Made by a program: the position numbers and the translations under genes. The notes below the pieces were generated by a model that worked only from the letters and a program-made list of their open reading frames with translations, was not told where the DNA came from and did not search any database. Below are positions 48,590-58,094 of a DNA stretch of 64,000 nucleotides, piece after piece. The stretch is taken from contig CAZPJY010000005.1 of the NCBI GenBank assembly GCA_964587045.1, positions 183 to 64,182 of the forward strand, read 5' to 3'. Origin of the DNA: an uncultured Methanosarcinales archaeon (GTDB lineage Archaea > Nanobdellota > Nanobdellia > Woesearchaeales > CAZPJY01). Positions within the stretch are counted from its first letter, which is position 1; every line of letters begins with the position of its first letter.

Positions 48590-49745
48590 CACGGTCAGCG
48601 ATGAGGTAGATCTGTCATCTAGATATGCCTGCGAGGTGCTAAAGGAGAACGGGGTCGACTTCGCAAGCGGGGTGCCTTGCGGTGTTCTCCGGCACTTCAT
48701 CTCGTACTTTGAAGCTGATGCGCAGATGCAACTCCTCCCTGCACAGAACGAACCAGAGGCGGTAGGCATCGCAGCAGGAGCCTACCTAGGAGGCAAGACT
48801 CCTCTGCTTTACATGCAGAATTCAGGAATGCTCAAAGCTACCAACGAGTTTGGTTCCCTGCTGATACCATATAAGATACCTGTGGTTTCAGTCGTGACCT
48901 TCAGGGGATGCGAAGGCGAGGATGCTCCACAACACTTCACAACTGGCGGGATAACAGTGTCACTCCTCGACGCACTCGGTATATACCACAGCGAGCTTGA
49001 AGAGGATTTAATCAGGGAGACTATCGGTGATGTCATGGATTGGAGCAGGTCGAACAGCATGCCCTCAGTCCTGCTGATCAAGAGAGGCTGGTCGTCAAAA
49101 AAGGAGGAATCGGACAGCAAGGAGCACGAGCAGGACGAGCTCGAGAGTCAGCCCACGCAGACCAAGGATTACCGAAACGGCAAGTCCTCAATGAAAAGGG
49201 AGGATGCTCTTGATGTCATCGCCCGATCCACAGGTGCGGATACTGCAGTCTTCGGCACCACTGGTCTGATTAGCCGCTCGCTCTACGAGAGGCATGACAG
49301 CCCCAACTTCTTTTACAATACAGGGGGCTTTGGTTTGGTGTCCTCGATTGGGCTGGGATTCGCCAACGCGCAACCCTCAACGCGGGTAATCATCGTCGAC
49401 GGGGATGCGAGCTTGCTGACGAATCTCAATACCCTGGTCACCATCGGTTGCAACAAGCCATCCAACCTCGTCCATGTCGTCTTAGACAACAAGGCCTACG
49501 CGTCGTGCTCTGAAGAGGGATCATGCTCACGTCAGGTCGACCTGTCATCCTTTGCTGAGGTGGCTGGCTATAAATCTATCTTTCGGGTCGACGATACGCA
49601 GTGTCTGGCGCGAGCCATGACCGAAGGCAGCGGGCCGAAGTTCGTGCACGCCGAGATTGGGCTGGGCGGAAGGAGGGATTTTGCCAGACCCAAAGACCTG
49701 GCGCATATCGCTCGCAGGTTCAAAGGGCATTTCAGCAACCAATAA
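48564..49745 (+). CDS. fused sulfopyruvate/phosphonopyruvate decarboxylase-like ThDP enzyme (ComDE/Ppd family)
   Basis: N-terminal GVDFASGVPCGVL (ComD-like), C-terminal ThDP motif IVDGDASLLTNLNTLVTIG. Confidence 0.7.
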   Translation: MEVGSLIYNTVSDEVDLSSRYACEVLKENGVDFASGVPCGVLRHFISYFEADAQMQLLPAQNEPEAVGIAAGAYLGGKTPLLYMQNSGMLKATNEFGSLLIPYKIPVVSVVTFRGCEGEDAPQHFTTGGITVSLLDALGIYHSELEEDLIRETIGDVMDWSRSNSMPSVLLIKRGWSSKKEESDSKEHEQDELESQPTQTKDYRNGKSSMKREDALDVIARSTGADTAVFGTTGLISRSLYERHDSPNFFYNTGGFGLVSSIGLGFANAQPSTRVIIVDGDASLLTNLNTLVTIGCNKPSNLVHVVLDNKAYASCSEEGSCSRQVDLSSFAEVAGYKSIFRVDDTQCLARAMTEGSGPKFVHAEIGLGGRRDFARPKDLAHIARRFKGHFSNQ

Positions 49746-49771
49746 ATAGGTGCGGGACCTACCTCCATTCC

Positions 49772-50425
49772 ATGGCCGGATGGGACAGGATCTACAAGGA
49801 GAAGGGGACATCTTACGACTATTACGACATAGTCGGGACGCCGCACGAGTCGATGCCCAAAGTCGCGGCATTCCTCAAGAAGAGCAAGGCCAGGAGGGTG
49901 CTCGACCTCGGATGCGGAGCGGGAAGGAACCTGATCTATCTCGCAGGGAGGGGCTTCGAAGCCTATGGGGTTGACAAGGCGCCTGAAGGCATCAAGATCG
50001 CCAGGAGGGCATTGTCCGAACGGGGTCTCAGGGCCGGGCTTAAGGTCGCCGACATGTTCGAGCGCCTCCCCTACCCTGACGGATTCTTCGACGCGGTCGT
50101 GGCAGTCCAGGTGCTGCAGCACGGCACCGAGGCCAGGATCAGGAAGGCCATCGCCGAGCTGGGGAGGGTGCTGAAGCCGGGAGGCGTGCTCTTCGCAACT
50201 CTGTCAGGCAGGGTCGCCAACGGCAAGACAAGGTACTGCCTGGTCAAGACCGCAAGGCGCGTGGCGCCCAACACGTTCGTCCCGCGGAAGGGAAGCGAAG
50301 CCGGGGTGACGCACTTCATCTACAGCAGGGAGAGGATCAAAAAACATTACAGGGACTTCCGAATAACCAATATCTGGCGCGACAGCAAGGGGTACTACTG
50401 CTTCCTGGGCGTCATGAAATCATAA
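49772..50425 (+). CDS. class I SAM-dependent methyltransferase
   Basis: RVLDLGCGAGRN motif I, VVAVQVLQH, LKPGGVLF; start by codon arithmetic (49601+171). Confidence 0.8.
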   Translation: MAGWDRIYKEKGTSYDYYDIVGTPHESMPKVAAFLKKSKARRVLDLGCGAGRNLIYLAGRGFEAYGVDKAPEGIKIARRALSERGLRAGLKVADMFERLPYPDGFFDAVVAVQVLQHGTEARIRKAIAELGRVLKPGGVLFATLSGRVANGKTRYCLVKTARRVAPNTFVPRKGSEAGVTHFIYSRERIKKHYRDFRITNIWRDSKGYYCFLGVMKS

Positions 50426-50470
50426 CTTTTTTATTTCTGGAGATTCCCATGCCTGAGGGGGTGAGCAAAC

Positions 50471-51442
50471 ATGAAGCTGGGCAAGCTTCCGATAAACCTG
50501 CTGGAGGAGGAGCTTAGGAAGATCAAGATCCACCACGACGACGTGATCCTGGGCCCGAAGGTCGGCGAGGACAACGCTATTATCGACTTGGGGGACCGCT
50601 ACATGGTGGTCGCATCGGACCCGATAACCGCAGCGGCAGAAAACATCGGCTACTTTGCGGTGCACATCAACGCAAACGACATAGCTGTGGCAGGGGCTAA
50701 GCCCGCTTACATGGCGGCAGACATACTCCTGCCGGAGCACGCCGACGCGGAAATGGCGAGGGAGGTGTTCTCGCAGCTGCGCAACGCCTGCGATGATATA
50801 GGGGTGTCGCTCGTCACAGGCCACACCGAAAAGTCGCCGGGGCTCAAGAATATCATAATCGCATCGACCATGTTCGGGTTCGTGCCAGTGTACATGCAGG
50901 TGACCACCGGCGGCGCGGAGGAGTTCGACGACATACTGGTCACCAAGTCTGCAGGCCTCGAGGGAACTGCTATAATAGCGAGCGACTTCGCAGAGAGGCT
51001 CGGCTTCCTCTCAAAGGACGAGATCGAAGAGGCGAAGGGGTACCTGAAAAGTTTTTCAGTGCTCCCCGAGGCGCGCATCGCGGCCGACTACGGGGTGACA
51101 TCCATGCACGACCCTACAGAGGGCGGCATCGCGAACGCGCTGCACGAGCTTTACCGCGCATCAGGCGTCGGCGTGTGGGCGCTGCTCGACCTCGTGCCTG
51201 TCACGCCCTTGACTGAAAAGATCTGCAGCCACCTCGAAATCAACCCTTACGGCCTGCTGTCATCAGGCATGCTCCTTGCGACCTGCGAGCCGTCCAAGAC
51301 CAAGAGCCTGAGGGCCGCTTGGAAGGATGCGGGGATAGAATCGACTGTCATCGGCCACATGGAACAGGGAGGGGTGCGTCAGCCCCACGGCAGGAAGCTG
51401 CCCTACTTCCGAAGCGACGAGCTGTGCAGGCTCTTCGAATAA
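50471..51442 (+). CDS. AIR-synthase-related (PurM/HypE/SelD-like) ATP-dependent enzyme
   Basis: GPKVGEDNAIIDL, VVASDPITAA, VSLVTGHTE; 323 aa. Confidence 0.7.
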   Translation: MKLGKLPINLLEEELRKIKIHHDDVILGPKVGEDNAIIDLGDRYMVVASDPITAAAENIGYFAVHINANDIAVAGAKPAYMAADILLPEHADAEMAREVFSQLRNACDDIGVSLVTGHTEKSPGLKNIIIASTMFGFVPVYMQVTTGGAEEFDDILVTKSAGLEGTAIIASDFAERLGFLSKDEIEEAKGYLKSFSVLPEARIAADYGVTSMHDPTEGGIANALHELYRASGVGVWALLDLVPVTPLTEKICSHLEINPYGLLSSGMLLATCEPSKTKSLRAAWKDAGIESTVIGHMEQGGVRQPHGRKLPYFRSDELCRLFE

Positions 51443-51476
51443 TCTTTTTATATTACAATCTTTTTCCCCCGCCCCA

Positions 51477-52124
51477 ATGTTCCCATACACGAATATAACC
51501 TTGGTTGGCACCTGCCACGACGACCCGATGGGGCCTGAACGCCTCAGGACCCTTCTCTGCTTTCTGAGCCCGGACATACTCACCGTTGAGGACTCGCCTG
51601 GTCTCCGTAGGCTTGATGGTGCCAATGTGATGCGGGCACGCGACATCCTGATCGGGATGGGTTGTGAGCCCGGCCTGGTCGAGAAGGTGCTGGCCAAATA
51701 CGGCGTCTACGAGCCTGGGGTGTGCTCGGACTTCGCGAAACGCGAGGGGATCCCAACCTACGATGTCGACCTCCTCGTCCCGCGGACCAGCTGGCTGGTG
51801 GAGAGCGAATCACTCGATGAAGGCAGGCGTATCTGTGACTCTGATCTCATCGCTCATTTGGAGTATGAGTGTGAGGTCGGGAACGCCTACAAGAGATGGG
51901 TCATCGACTTTATCAACGAGACATTGCCCACTTTGGACGAGGACCGCGACTGGCACATGGCAGGAGAGATAGCGCGGCTCGCGTACCTGAATCCGGAAAA
52001 GCGCATCGTCCACGTGGGCGGAGCCTCCCACATGTATCCCAACAGCAAGAGACTCACCCTGGGCCGGATGCTGCCCTTTGCGGAGGTGCGCATGCTCGAC
52101 GAGGCCGACAGCCTCTACCGGTAG
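51477..52124 (+). CDS. TraB/GumN-family-like protein
   Basis: NITLVGTCHDDP...PDILTVED resembles TraB LVGTAH...PDxVxVE. Confidence 0.4.
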   Translation: MFPYTNITLVGTCHDDPMGPERLRTLLCFLSPDILTVEDSPGLRRLDGANVMRARDILIGMGCEPGLVEKVLAKYGVYEPGVCSDFAKREGIPTYDVDLLVPRTSWLVESESLDEGRRICDSDLIAHLEYECEVGNAYKRWVIDFINETLPTLDEDRDWHMAGEIARLAYLNPEKRIVHVGGASHMYPNSKRLTLGRMLPFAEVRMLDEADSLYR

Positions 52125-52375
52125 TCCTTCAGGTTGCAGAATTCCGGGAGGGTGTAGATCTTGAACTGGGGGTTGCCGCTGTCGTTCCTGTAGGTGAGGG
52201 TTATGCGCTCGATGTTTTCCCTGCCCTCCAGCTTCAGCTGCGTGATGGTCCCCGGCAGATCCTCGACCTTGGACATGACCTTGAGGAAGTCCCTCGCAAC
52301 CGAGGTGGGCTCGAGTGATCTGTTGCCGTCCGCTTCTATCGGGATGTGCTGTATGATCCTTTCAAGTTTTGCCAT
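52115..52375 (-). CDS. hypothetical small protein
   Basis: 86 aa. Confidence 0.3.
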   Translation of the reverse strand: MAKLERIIQHIPIEADGNRSLEPTSVARDFLKVMSKVEDLPGTITQLKLEGRENIERITLTYRNDSGNPQFKIYTLPEFCNLKDYR

Positions 52376-52410
52376 GAAGCGGGTGGGAAAGAGGTTTGCT
52401 TTAAGCCTTT

Positions 52411-52809
52411 CTACGAGAGGTCGAGAATGCTGTACCCATCGATTATCCTTTCCAGCGCATGGACCTCTTCCCTGGACGAGCCAGTAAGCAGCATCAGCCC
52501 CGCATGGCCCATCGCGATACGCTTCCAGCTCTCCACATGCATCATCACAGCCTCCCGAAGCTTAGGCTCGACGTCATCGTAGAATTCGGCGCATTCGAGC
52601 TCTTCCTCTGCGGCTCTCGTCCTGACCTTGATGAGATACTTTCCCCCGGCTTCCATTGCGAAGTAGGTCGCCTGTGCCTCGTGGTGTTCCCTCAGGTACG
52701 CGGCGAGCGAAGAATTACCGAAATCTGATATTTTTTGAGGGCTCACTGAATGGATCTCGAACGTGTTGTCGCCTCTCTTCACCAGCACCAGCTGCGGCAG
52801 GTATCTCAT
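52411..52809 (-). CDS. hypothetical protein
   Basis: 132 aa; TATA tttatttaaatg ~25 nt upstream. Confidence 0.4.
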   Translation of the reverse strand: MRYLPQLVLVKRGDNTFEIHSVSPQKISDFGNSSLAAYLREHHEAQATYFAMEAGGKYLIKVRTRAAEEELECAEFYDDVEPKLREAVMMHVESWKRIAMGHAGLMLLTGSSREEVHALERIIDGYSILDLS

Positions 52810-52830
52810 GCGCTGGCTGGGAACAAGGTT

Positions 52831-53226
52831 TTATTTAAATGTGGCCTTCTCGAACTCCTTGATGAGCCACGGCGGAAGGTTGCTTGCCTTGAGCTCCTCG
52901 AGGCTAAGCCAGGCTGAGCTGACGTGCTCTCCTGAGAGGGCCAACTCACCGCCCTTCAGGTCGCACAGGTAGGTGATTCCCACCAGCTGGAAATCGCCGT
53001 CTGTGAAGGTCCATGCGTTTATGGGCTTTTTGACGTCTATTTCAAGCCCTGTCTCCTCCCTGACTTCCCTGTGCAACGCTTCCTCCAGCCCCTCGCCGAA
53101 CTGGACCCTGCCTCCAGGCAGGTCGAATGTGTCTGGGGCCACATCTTCGCTCTTGCTCTTCTTGATGATGAGATATTTTGCTTCCTTTCTGATGATGGCT
53201 TTCACAGCGACTCCGAACGTTGGCAT
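52831..53226 (-). CDS. Nudix hydrolase
   Basis: GGRVQFGEGLEEALHREVREETGL; start moved to MPTFGVAV (53343-117); TATA-like aaaaaatttatcaag upstream. Confidence 0.75.
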   Translation of the reverse strand: MPTFGVAVKAIIRKEAKYLIIKKSKSEDVAPDTFDLPGGRVQFGEGLEEALHREVREETGLEIDVKKPINAWTFTDGDFQLVGITYLCDLKGGELALSGEHVSSAWLSLEELKASNLPPWLIKEFEKATFK

Positions 53227-53299
53227 GAGGTTTGGGGGTGGGCCTGACTTGATAAATTTTTTCGAAACCCATAAATATCTTGGCGCCTGAAGACTTCTT

Positions 53300-53758
53300 G
53301 TGGAAGAGAAAGAGATACAGAAATGGAAGTCGGTCGACGTCAAGGGCTACATGACCCTGCCCACCATGTACGTGCCGACCGCCGAGAACGTGCAAAAGAA
53401 GGTGTTCGAGGGCGACGACGTCGACGGCAGCCTCACAAGGCTCGATGAGGAGTTCTCCAAGGTGGAGAATCGCTTTGCGGAGATGGACCTCAAGGACCTT
53501 GACGAAGGCTACAACGTCGGCATACTCCGCGAGATAAGGGAGAACCTCCTGCCCAACCTGAAGACCGAGCTGGAACGCTTCGAGCGCCTGATACGGGCGT
53601 ACCAGAACGGCGAGGAGGTCAGCCCCAATGACATCCAGCTGGCCATAACCAAGGCCAAGCCGCTCCTGCGCCGCTACACGACGCTGGGCGAGGAGTTCCG
53701 CAAGAACCCCAGGTACAGCGAGTTCCGCAGGCTTGGCTACGAGACGCGGGAGAAGTGA
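53300..53758 (+). CDS. hypothetical protein
   Basis: 152 aa; ataaatat box ~25 nt upstream. Confidence 0.4.
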   Translation: MEEKEIQKWKSVDVKGYMTLPTMYVPTAENVQKKVFEGDDVDGSLTRLDEEFSKVENRFAEMDLKDLDEGYNVGILREIRENLLPNLKTELERFERLIRAYQNGEEVSPNDIQLAITKAKPLLRRYTTLGEEFRKNPRYSEFRRLGYETREK

Positions 53759-53760
53759 AC

Positions 53761-54156
53761 TCAAGGATGGAATCCCGTATGGCGCGGCTCCCTGACCGGC
53801 AGCTTCAGCTGCTGGTAACCTTTCTCTTTTGGGTTCTTGCCGAACGGTATGCGGATGCTGATGTAGAACTCGCCTCTGGTCCGGTAGTTCACGTTCAGGT
53901 TGGTGTTGCCTTTCGTGTACTCGAAGTCGAGCTCCCTGACGAGCTCGCTCCTGCTCACGTCCATGCCCACCTTGAGGAGGCCGTTTGCGAGCGGGAAGGT
54001 GCGCTTATCGTCGATGTACTTCCTGACTTCTTCGTACCCTGTCCGGACCTCCTTGACCTTCTCGGCCGTGGGCTTGACGATCTTCTCTTGCAGTCCGCCG
54101 GCGTAGGATAGGGATGAGAATAAGAGCAGTGCGATTAGGGTGCGCATCGTGATCAC
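53761..54156 (-). CDS. secreted hypothetical protein
   Basis: LIALLLFSSLSYAGG signal peptide. Confidence 0.45.
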   Translation of the reverse strand: MITMRTLIALLLFSSLSYAGGLQEKIVKPTAEKVKEVRTGYEEVRKYIDDKRTFPLANGLLKVGMDVSRSELVRELDFEYTKGNTNLNVNYRTRGEFYISIRIPFGKNPKEKGYQQLKLPVREPRHTGFHP

Positions 54157-54320
54157 TTCTCGTCCAGGTGGGTGTAGAGTATCGCTGCGAACATGAAGTA
54201 CAGCCCGAACGTAATGATGATGGCGGGCAGCGGGTGCATTATCATCATCAACCCTAGGAACATGATGATGGAGCCCAGGATTAGCAGCAGCATGTTCTTG
54301 CGTAAGTGGCTTAGGTCCAT
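54156..54320 (-). CDS. small two-TM membrane protein (55 aa), missed by ORF track
   Basis: Hand translation MDLSHLRKNMLLLILGSIIMFLGLMMIMHPLPAIIITFGLYFMFAAILYTHLDEK; TATA atatttaaatg ~24-34 nt upstream. Confidence 0.35.
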
Positions 54321-54343
54321 ACGATTCTAGGTGGGCCGGGTGA

Positions 54344-54354
54344 TATTTAAATGT
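54344..54354 (-). promoter_or_regulatory. TATA box (atatttaaatg) for small membrane ORF
   Basis: read directly. Confidence 0.35.
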
Positions 54355-54375
54355 TTAGTACACCAGGTCGTGCGC

Positions 54376-55794
54376 TCACTTGCGCAGCAGCCACGAGCCG
54401 CGGAACCAGTCCTGCCTCTTGCCGTTAGCGTCGCCGTTGCGGTCGAGGAAAGCGAGTCGGGGCAGCATGGGGCGCATCGAGAACCCCAGCGGGCGGTGAA
54501 CGAGTACCTCGTAGAACAGGCGGCCTTCCTCGACTTTTTCGTGGTTACCGATGTCGCGCACCCGTGGTAGTAGCACGGCCGTCGAGAGCACTCGCAGGCA
54601 TGAGGATATGGCGAGGATGATGAGCAGCGTCCACAGCGCGCTGGTGCGGCCCTGCAGTAGCAAGGACAGCCCGCTTCCGGTAAGGCCGCCCACCATGACC
54701 GCGAATCCGAAAGTGACTGCGTAGTTGGCGAAAAGCTTGGTGCGGGTGCGCTTGCTCGACGCCTCGAGCATGTAGTTGAAGGTGGTAAGCTCCAGGCCCG
54801 CCCAGGCGAAGCCACTGATAGTCTCAGCAGCAGCGAGCACGAGGAAAGCCGCGATGCCTGAAAGCGACGATGCGATTACGACCCAGTATAAAGGTATCAG
54901 CGAGACAATGACTGACGATACCTTGAGAAGGTTCTTGTTGCCGAACACCGAGGTGAGGCTCCCCCAGTAAGTCATGGTCAGTGCCTTGATCAGCACGGGG
55001 ATCAGCACGACGATGCTGTACTGCAGGTATGAGAACCTGAGGTGGGTGAGCATGATGATGGCGAAGAACGGGGCTGAGACCATCACAGCGAAGGCGAGCA
55101 CCGAGCGGAACAGGGCGAAGCTCCCGAAGGCGGTCTTGGGCAGCTCGGCGATGAACTCCCGGAAGCCTGAGTGGTTGTAGACGTCTGGCAGGAAGGGGGG
55201 CTCGTAGTGGCGGGTGAACAGCAGGAAGGATACGAACCTGCCGGTGAGGGCGAGCAGGAAGAGGATGCCGAACGCCACCCACACATCTGGCACGAAGGTG
55301 AGGATGAAGCCGCTTGCGATAATCGATGAGAGCAGGAAGAGGAGGGTGACGCGGTTGCGCTTGCCGAAGTACGTACCACGCTCGCCTGCGGGGATAACGT
55401 CGCCGATCCACGACGACCACGGCGGGCCGGCGATGTTGCCGAAGACGAGGTAGAGCGAGAATATACAGGTGAGCGCCCACACGCTTCTCGTGAATAGCGG
55501 CAGGAGGAAGAGGGGCGCAAACGACAGTGATTGCAGCAGCACGAAGATGAGCACCAGCTTCTTCCGCTCCTGCAGCTTCTCTGTCAGGCGCGCGCCGAGC
55601 AGCTGGAAGAGTGAGCCCAGGAAGAACGGTCCTGATGAGAGGAAGGCGATCTCGGCGTTGCTCGCGCCGAGCCGCAGGGCGAAGGGGACCACGTACTGCT
55701 CGCCGCACCCCATCATCACGGAGGCGGCGCTGCCCTCAGCGACCGAGCATCGTTTGGTGCGTTGAACCTCCTCCCTTGTAAGCTCTCTCCTCAT
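54376..55794 (-). CDS. MFS transporter
   Basis: 12-TM-like hydrophobic profile, 472 aa, typical MFS loops (GKRNRV, GRTSA). Confidence 0.8.
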   Translation of the reverse strand: MRRELTREEVQRTKRCSVAEGSAASVMMGCGEQYVVPFALRLGASNAEIAFLSSGPFFLGSLFQLLGARLTEKLQERKKLVLIFVLLQSLSFAPLFLLPLFTRSVWALTCIFSLYLVFGNIAGPPWSSWIGDVIPAGERGTYFGKRNRVTLLFLLSSIIASGFILTFVPDVWVAFGILFLLALTGRFVSFLLFTRHYEPPFLPDVYNHSGFREFIAELPKTAFGSFALFRSVLAFAVMVSAPFFAIIMLTHLRFSYLQYSIVVLIPVLIKALTMTYWGSLTSVFGNKNLLKVSSVIVSLIPLYWVVIASSLSGIAAFLVLAAAETISGFAWAGLELTTFNYMLEASSKRTRTKLFANYAVTFGFAVMVGGLTGSGLSLLLQGRTSALWTLLIILAISSCLRVLSTAVLLPRVRDIGNHEKVEEGRLFYEVLVHRPLGFSMRPMLPRLAFLDRNGDANGKRQDWFRGSWLLRK

Positions 55795-55835
55795 GGTCCC
55801 GACGAGATGGTGAAGTGGTTAATATTGCTTTCGGG

Positions 55836-57947
55836 TCACTCTTTCATGGAGGCCGGTCTCCTGCGCGCGACCGCTGCCGGCTGCTCGAGACTGATGCCTG
55901 AGCGCTGCGCTGCCGCGTTCAGTACGGCAAGGATGATGTCTTCGTAGCTCATGCCTGCGGAAAAGCAGGAGCGCGGGAAGCGGGAGTTCTCGAGCGGATC
56001 GGGCATGAGGCCCGGCAGTGCGTTGACCTCGATCACGTTGGGCACGCCTCTCGAGTCCAGACGCATGTCTATCCTGCACAGGTCGCGCATGCCTAGAGTA
56101 TGGAAAGCGCGCATGGCAGTGTCGCGGATGCGCTGCTCTAGCTTCCTATCCAGCCTGGCAGGGCAGACGAGCGGGTCGACTCCTGGCACGTCATACTCCC
56201 ACTTGGCCTCGTAGCTGTCAAACCTGTGCATGCCCTTGGGCAGATGGTCGAACGTCACCTCGACGATGGGCAGGACTTTGGGAGGGTTGCCCAGCATCGG
56301 CACCGTGAACTCGCGGCCCTCGAGGAACTCCTCGACGAGTGCGGGCTGTCTGTAATCGCGTATGACCCCGGCGACCTTGCGCTTGAGCTCCCTTGGGCTG
56401 AAGACGAGCGAGTCGTTCCTGATGCCCTTGCTCGAGCCTTCGGAGTTGGGCTTGACGATCAGCGGGAAGCGCAGCTCTGCGTCGAGCTTGTCGCCTGCTG
56501 AGACAAAGGTCTGGTGCTTAGGGGTCGGGATGCCTGCCTGCGAGAGCACCGAGCTGGTCAGCGCCTTGTCAAGCGTGAGGGCGAGCGCCATCACTCCTGA
56601 ACCTGTGTAGGGGATGCGCAGCATCTCGAGGATCGCCGGCACGTGGCTTTCGCGCGCCTCGCCGTGCAAGCCTTCCGCTAGGTTGAAGGCGATGTCGAAC
56701 GCGCTCTTCCTGAGCCGGTCGTAGATGCGCTCGTCAGCCTCTACCAGCGTGGCTGAGTGGCCGTTCCTATCGAGCGCCTGCTTGATGGCCAGCGGCACCG
56801 AGATGTCGTCGAACTCTGCGTAAGCGTCCTTGGGCATGCCTGCTGGAGCCGCGCGCTTCTCATTGTAGATGATCGCCACTTTCAGCCCTGACGGGCTTCT
56901 CTTCCTCGGGTTGGCGTACTCGACCCTCCTTCCCTCGAAGTTCCTGAGCACGAATTTCCGCTCGTCCTTTGCGGTCACGAACTCTGGCAGGATGGGGATC
57001 TTTCCACCGCCAGGAGCGTCGATTACGTACTGCGGGATCGCGAGGCCTGATGTGAAGCCGTAGAGATCCTCCATTATCTTGAGCCCATCCTGGACCGACG
57101 TCCTGAAGTGCTCCGTGCCTTTGACCTGGTCTGCCTGGTAGAGGTAGTAAGGCCGGACCCTGTTCATGAGCAGGCGGTGGAACAGCTCCTTGAGCACCTC
57201 GGCGTCGTCGTTGACGCCTTTAAGCAGCACCGACTGGTTGCCCAGTGGTAGTCCCGCGTCTGCGAGCAGCTCAAGCGCCCCCTGGCTCTCGGGAGTGAGC
57301 TCGCGCGGGTGCTCGAAGTGGACGTTGACGTAGAGCGGCCTGTACCTGGCAAGCATCGATGCGAGCTTCTCGGTTACGCGCATGGGGAAGGTGCAAGGCA
57401 CCCTCGTCCCGATACGGATGATCTGCAGGTGCGGGATGGCGCGCAGGCGTTTTAGGATGGACTCGATCTCGCTGTCGGAGAGCATGAGCGGGTCGCCGCC
57501 TGAGAGTATGACGTCCCTCACCTCAGGGTGGGCTGCGACGTAGTCTATCGCGTCCTGGATGTGCGCCGGGGTGATCTCGACCTCGCGTCCGACCTTTCGC
57601 TTGCGCGTGCAGAACCTGCAGTACACCGCGCACCTGTTGGAGACGAGCATCAGCACGCGGTCTGGGTAGCGGTGCACCAGGAACGGCACTGGGGTGTACT
57701 GCTCCTCGAGCAGGGGGTCCTCGTCGTTCTCATTGTCGTTGAGCTCCTCGGGGTCTGGTATGCACTGCTTCCAGATGGGGTCGCCCTTCTCCCTGATCAG
57801 GCCCTTGTAGTACTCGGTCACCCTTACGGGGTAGACTCGGGTCACCTCTTTTTTAGAAAGCGCGATTTGTATCACCTGTTTAGTATGAGAAGAAGGTTGG
57901 AAGGTCACATCCGCCGCGGGGCGTCCAGTGGCCTTGCGGGATTCCAC
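55836..57947 (-). CDS. fusion of lysine 2,3-aminomutase-family radical SAM enzyme (KamA-like) with a D-Ala-D-Ala-ligase-type ATP-grasp domain
   Basis: VHRYPDRVLMLVSNRCAVYCRFCTRKRKVG (CxxxCxxC, KamA signature context); C-terminal half with ATP-grasp motifs ...EEFLEGREFTVPML...IEVNALPGL. Confidence 0.8.
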   Translation of the reverse strand: MESRKATGRPAADVTFQPSSHTKQVIQIALSKKEVTRVYPVRVTEYYKGLIREKGDPIWKQCIPDPEELNDNENDEDPLLEEQYTPVPFLVHRYPDRVLMLVSNRCAVYCRFCTRKRKVGREVEITPAHIQDAIDYVAAHPEVRDVILSGGDPLMLSDSEIESILKRLRAIPHLQIIRIGTRVPCTFPMRVTEKLASMLARYRPLYVNVHFEHPRELTPESQGALELLADAGLPLGNQSVLLKGVNDDAEVLKELFHRLLMNRVRPYYLYQADQVKGTEHFRTSVQDGLKIMEDLYGFTSGLAIPQYVIDAPGGGKIPILPEFVTAKDERKFVLRNFEGRRVEYANPRKRSPSGLKVAIIYNEKRAAPAGMPKDAYAEFDDISVPLAIKQALDRNGHSATLVEADERIYDRLRKSAFDIAFNLAEGLHGEARESHVPAILEMLRIPYTGSGVMALALTLDKALTSSVLSQAGIPTPKHQTFVSAGDKLDAELRFPLIVKPNSEGSSKGIRNDSLVFSPRELKRKVAGVIRDYRQPALVEEFLEGREFTVPMLGNPPKVLPIVEVTFDHLPKGMHRFDSYEAKWEYDVPGVDPLVCPARLDRKLEQRIRDTAMRAFHTLGMRDLCRIDMRLDSRGVPNVIEVNALPGLMPDPLENSRFPRSCFSAGMSYEDIILAVLNAAAQRSGISLEQPAAVARRRPASMKE

Positions 57948-58094
57948 TTGCCGGCCTTACCATCGTATCGTCAGCTGGGGATCCCTTGAGACACTTTTTT
58001 GCGTGTCGTCATCAGACTAATCCGGAACCGGAATGCGCGCTTGGTATTTAATCCTATTCTTTTTGCGTCGGGTTCGTCTCTTGAAAGGAGTGGC

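Noticed and set aside
54824-55708. 294-aa minus-strand ORF rich in Arg/Ala/Pro
   Set aside because: Alternate frame inside the MFS transporter gene. Non-protein-like composition.
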